IMG/VR virus record: IMGVR_UViG_3300023202_000247
Location: 1 to 64,000 of that record
Direction: 5' to 3' (one strand)
DNA length: 64,000 bases
Part shown: in pieces, positions 59,791 to 64,000 of the stretch
Position numbering within the stretch: position 1 is the first letter of the stretch
Layout: each line of letters opens with the position of its first letter
Program-made: the position numbers and the translations under genes
The notes under the pieces: model-generated
Told to the model about the DNA's origin: nothing
The model's database searches: none
Seen by the model: only the letters and a program-made list of their open reading frames with translations

Positions 59791-61335
59791 ATGTCTATTG
59801 AAAAACAAATGTTGAATGCGTTCAAGCATGCTTGTCTTCTCTACGAAGGCACGCCGGTTGTTTGGTCGCTGTTCAGCGGTGGACGTGCTAAACTGCTCGT
59901 GTTCGACCGAGACACACGTAAGATCATCTACCGTAGTAAATGGTATGATGATGTGTCTACATGTCTGAGAAACTTTAACCGTAAGAAAGTCAAACGTGCA
60001 AGAAAATCAGCTTGACATTAGAACATCTCGTGTGGATAATGACAACTACATAGTAGAGTTTCTTTCCGGGGATTCTATTGAATGGGCAGCTGACAATATC
60101 AAGAACGGTGTTTGGTCAAAGAACGGCTATAGACTTTACTTGGAGTCTCAATATTATGACCATCTCATTTATGAGTTGGAAGATCAAGAGTTTGAGATAG
60201 AGGAAGAGGAATATTACGATGAAACTGACGATTGATAGAAGCAAGTGGTGGCGTGGTAACGGTTCTCGAGACTCAGCGCTTTCAAACAAAGCGAAAAAGA
60301 TGTGTTGCCTTGGATTCCTTTCACTTGCCTGCGGGTATAGCGAGGAAGACATCCGGGGCCTCAAGACAATTGAGCATCTTGTTGAGAACCTGGCCAATGA
60401 TAGTTGCAATCCCGAAGATTGGGAAAGGGTATGTAAACGACTGCCCGAGAAAATTCGTCCAGACTTGGTAAAAGATACGATGCCAAACATCGATGTTCCA
60501 ATGGAGGAGCGCCTTGCAGGTAACGTTGATGATGTTATTATTGAGATTACATCTGAAGATGTTGATTTGGTACAAAAGCTTTATTCTCTAAATGATGATC
60601 CCATCGGCTGGGAACACTTCGATATGGATGAATTCAATGTCTTGTCCAGCGAGGAGAAAGAAGAATACAAAGGGAAACTTCGTGAAAAGTTGTTGACCGA
60701 GACATTTGCAGAAGCTGGAGTTGAAGTTGAGTTCATTGGATGAAACGAAAAAAGGGGAGGCAGCTAAAACCAAAACGCTTCGAAACGATGGAGCAGGCTA
60801 AGGGTTTCATTCTTGGTGTTAAGTTTGCATCAGATATGTATGGTCTTCCCATTATCACAAGTGGAATGCCGTTCATGAGAGGCTACGAGTTTTACGTAAA
60901 CATTTGGAGAGAAGATGTCTGAAACAATTATCATGATTGTTGTGCTTGGTGTATCATCTAGTACAATGGATGTTCAGAGTGTTGATGTTTTGAACGATTC
61001 GCCACCCACCACAATTGATCACAAACACTTCATTGAGGTTTCCGATGATGACTACGAACAAGAATAAGCTCGAGAAGATGTGTGATTTTCTCATCACACA
61101 CACGTCTCTGGGTGATTACGTTGTTCTTAGAAGTGCTTACTCTGAAAGTAAACGAATCAACCGAGAGCTTCAAGCAAAGCTGCTCGAAAAACCAGTTGAC
61201 AAAACTGTCACGAGTGCTTATAGAGAACCTGTCAAGAACTACGACGGGCTTTTCACGAAGCTCAAAGGGTTCGCTGCGCGATTGCCTTCCTCATATCGTC
61301 ACGAGCTGGTGGATATTCTCAAAGAAGAGAGATAA
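59791..61335 (+). other. Small hypothetical genes (about 59791-60015, 59996-60235, 60219-60743, 60740-60922, ...-61335)
   Basis: ORF track and overlaps. Confidence 0.6.
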
Positions 61336-61338
61336 AAC

Positions 61339-62169
61339 ATGTCAGATGTCAATGAAAACTTTGCCGCCTATTTTTCCGCAACCGATGTTGCCATGCTTCA
61401 GGAGTTCATCGATGAGCACTTGACCAAATGTAACATGACTGCTAAGGAAATCTACGAGAAGTTCAAGGATAAGACTACACATACTCTTACCGAGGCTGTG
61501 TTTCGTAATGCCCTTGGTAGCAACGTCCGGTGTGGTTACATCGTTGGTGTGGAGGGTCGTCGGCGCGTAGGATACGTGCCCGTACCTCGCGAAACTCCCA
61601 AGGAAAAGCCTGACTGGCATGGTGATAAACGCCAAGGTCGTGGCGGTCGTGGCAAAAAGAAGACTGTCAAACCCGAGCCTGCCAAGCCTGCCAAGCCTGC
61701 CAAGCCTGCCAAGGCCAACACGGTTGAACCGTCCAAGAATGAAGATGAGCATGATGAAAGCCTCGAGGCCGAGGAGACTTTGCATGCCGAGCCAGAGGTA
61801 AAGAAAGAGCTACCCAAGCGTGAACAAAAGCCGCTTCCCCAACCTCAAAAGTATAAAGGGTATCATCGATACTTGTGGGTTCGTAACCGTATGTATAAGG
61901 TTCCGTATTCCCGAGCATCCGATGTGTCCCTGACGATTACCAAGGTCATGAATTGTAAGCAAGATGCTGAAGGTAATATCACTTACAAGGGAAAGACTTG
62001 GAAGTGTGATGACGAAGATATCTTCAAGCGCATGATCACTACGCTTTGGAGTGGAAGCTTCGTTGCTGCTTGCGCTCCCGTTGTTGACGACGGAACTGGT
62101 GTTGCAGTTGAGCTGAGAATTGATAGTGGACAAACACACGTCCAGCTTGATCAAAAGCTTGTTTCGTAG
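61339..62169 (+). CDS. Hypothetical protein with a PAK-repeat linker
   Basis: 9-bp GCCAAGCCT tandem at about 61678-61714. Confidence 0.75.
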   Translation: MSDVNENFAAYFSATDVAMLQEFIDEHLTKCNMTAKEIYEKFKDKTTHTLTEAVFRNALGSNVRCGYIVGVEGRRRVGYVPVPRETPKEKPDWHGDKRQGRGGRGKKKTVKPEPAKPAKPAKPAKANTVEPSKNEDEHDESLEAEETLHAEPEVKKELPKREQKPLPQPQKYKGYHRYLWVRNRMYKVPYSRASDVSLTITKVMNCKQDAEGNITYKGKTWKCDDEDIFKRMITTLWSGSFVAACAPVVDDGTGVAVELRIDSGQTHVQLDQKLVS

Positions 62170-62297
62170 CTGGTGGCCTGCGTATGTTACTGGAGGAGGT
62201 GTCATTCTGTATGTAAAGATACTTACAGGTGGCACCTTCTTCGTAACATTAGCAATGCTTGCAGCATTTACATTACTAATAATAGCAGTAGCAATAT

Positions 62298-63827
62298 ATG
62301 ACATACGCAAGTAAGCTGCCCATGCAGGGTAAGTTCAAGCGCAAGAGAAAGCCCAAGCCATTCAAGAAAGCAGAGCGTGACAATTTAACTTGGAGTGATC
62401 ATCAAGAGGCAATCTTCGATGAGGTTGTTGATGGTGACGAACACATCGTGGTTCTGGCCGGTCCCGGAGCTGGCAAAACCGCAACCATCGTGGAGGCACA
62501 ACATCGCTTGCCCGCACACATGCGTGACAGTATGCTTTTCACCGCCTTCAACGCCTCCGTTGCTGCAAAGTTGGGCAAGAAAATTCCTGCTGATTGTAAA
62601 ACTCATCATGCGGTGGGGTTTGCGTGTGTCAAAAGACACTGGGGTTCGACGTATAACATCGGAGGTTACGGTACCGTTGATGCTTACAACGATGCATTGA
62701 AGCAGCTTGCGGCCAAACATGTGGGCGAAAAGAATCCAAAGCTGATTGAGAATCTAATCAGGGCTTTGGATCTTTGCAAGGTTCAGTTGGCTGAAGACTT
62801 TGACGAGATTGACGATGTAATCATTCGTCATGGCATCCCACTCTGCGATATGAACTCCAAGTCTTTTGCAGAGGTTGTGCTTTCTATGATGGAACGCACT
62901 CGAGAAAGTCCTCTCACTCGCAAGGGTAAGAACGTAATCAGCTTCACGGATATGATTTGGCTTCCGTATGTACACGGATGGCAACCAAAGAAGTATGACT
63001 ACGTGTTCGTGGACGAGGCTCAAGACTTGTCCGAGTGTCGTACCAACTTGCTCATGAAGTCTCTCAATCATGGTGGACGTATGCTTGCAGCGGGAGACAT
63101 ACATCAAGCAATATACAGCTTTGCCGGAGCATCAGTAGATTCGCTCAACGGTTTGATTCGGACTCTCGAGGCACGTTCCTTGCCATTGTCCATCTCGTAT
63201 CGTTGCGCTGTCAATATCGTTGAGCATGCAAAGCGCATCAATCCTACAATTGAGGCAGCGCCAGGTGCAATTGATGGTATCGTTGAAACATTCGAAGGTG
63301 AAGACATTCTAGATAAAGTAAAGTCTGGTGATGCCATTCTTTCGCGTAGCAACTACCCTCTAGTTCGTCTGTGCTTTCAGTTGATTCGCAAGGGTTTCAA
63401 AGCGAATATTCAAGGCCGAGACATCGGCAATCGTTTGCTTTGGCGTATCGAATGTTGGGAACCGTCCAATGTGAATGAATTGTTTCGTATCATTCAAAAT
63501 TGGCGGGATGGAATGGTTGATTACCTGGAATCCTTGAACATTGATACGTCGGGTGTATTCGATGAAGCTAATTGTATCGAGGAATTCGCAAGTAACTGTG
63601 ATACGTTGACAGAGGTGCGTGAGCGCATCAAAGAGTTTTTCAGTGATGATGATGCTCAAGTCAAACTCAGCAGCGTGCACAAGGCCAAGGGTTTGGAATG
63701 GGATAGCGTCATCATGTTGGGAAAGACTTTCAAACCCGACCGTGGGCTCGAAGAGTTAAACATCGAGTATGTGGCAATCACACGTGCCAAGCGTGAGTTG
63801 AAAATTGCAGAAGGGAAGCTACCGTGA
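62298..63827 (+). CDS. uvrD: UvrD/Rep-like superfamily 1 helicase
   Basis: AGPGAGKT, VDEAQD, GDIHQAIYSFAGA, SYRC, HKAKGLEW, YVAITRAK. Confidence 0.93.
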   Translation: MTYASKLPMQGKFKRKRKPKPFKKAERDNLTWSDHQEAIFDEVVDGDEHIVVLAGPGAGKTATIVEAQHRLPAHMRDSMLFTAFNASVAAKLGKKIPADCKTHHAVGFACVKRHWGSTYNIGGYGTVDAYNDALKQLAAKHVGEKNPKLIENLIRALDLCKVQLAEDFDEIDDVIIRHGIPLCDMNSKSFAEVVLSMMERTRESPLTRKGKNVISFTDMIWLPYVHGWQPKKYDYVFVDEAQDLSECRTNLLMKSLNHGGRMLAAGDIHQAIYSFAGASVDSLNGLIRTLEARSLPLSISYRCAVNIVEHAKRINPTIEAAPGAIDGIVETFEGEDILDKVKSGDAILSRSNYPLVRLCFQLIRKGFKANIQGRDIGNRLLWRIECWEPSNVNELFRIIQNWRDGMVDYLESLNIDTSGVFDEANCIEEFASNCDTLTEVRERIKEFFSDDDAQVKLSSVHKAKGLEWDSVIMLGKTFKPDRGLEELNIEYVAITRAKRELKIAEGKLP

Positions 63828-64000
63828 AAGATTTTGAAAAAATTATGTTGTTCATTGGAATAGCATGTGTGCTTATGGTACTTGGACTCTTGTTCTTTTT
63901 GCCAACCGATATGTGGACGGGTGCAAGGGGAATAGGAGCGTCGCTCACATTCATTATAAGCATTCCGCTTGTGATGGTTTCACTCGGCAGGAATTTTTTG

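Overview
This is a gene-dense window, coded almost entirely on the + strand, that looks like the early/accessory arm of a large (jumbo-type) bacteriophage. A myxobacterial host is plausible, inferred from a Gly/Cys-rich lipoprotein and an excisionase-HTH/receiver regulator. No capsid, terminase or integrase genes were recognised. From left to right it contains: an 80-bp tandem array (1-630); about 2 kb of hairpin-rich non-coding DNA; a GC-rich mosaic of small genes joined by duplicated structured leaders; counter-defence candidates (Csx16-like fragments, ArdC, a macrodomain ADP-ribose hydrolase); two tandem arrays of HREDGPA 23-aa-repeat paralogs; and a DNA repair block (RIIA/RIIB, ATP-dependent ligase, Ku, spore photoproduct lyase-like protein, UvrD-like helicase). 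The centrepiece is a Cas12m-like type V effector (41906-43921) lacking the RuvC-II acidic residue, followed by a duplicated leader and a CRISPR array with a 36-bp repeat (type A). A second repeat variant (type B) has compensatory stem changes (CTACG/TGTAG to CTGTG/CACAG) and is scattered as solo or mini-array copies (32452, 34359, 44148, 57883, 57958). These sit at the 5' ends of genes, and in one case the 'spacer' is a sigma70-type promoter. This suggests a possible phage RNA-guided or RNA-tag gene-regulation system built on a nuclease-dead Cas12. All protein family calls come from motif recognition by eye, without database searches.
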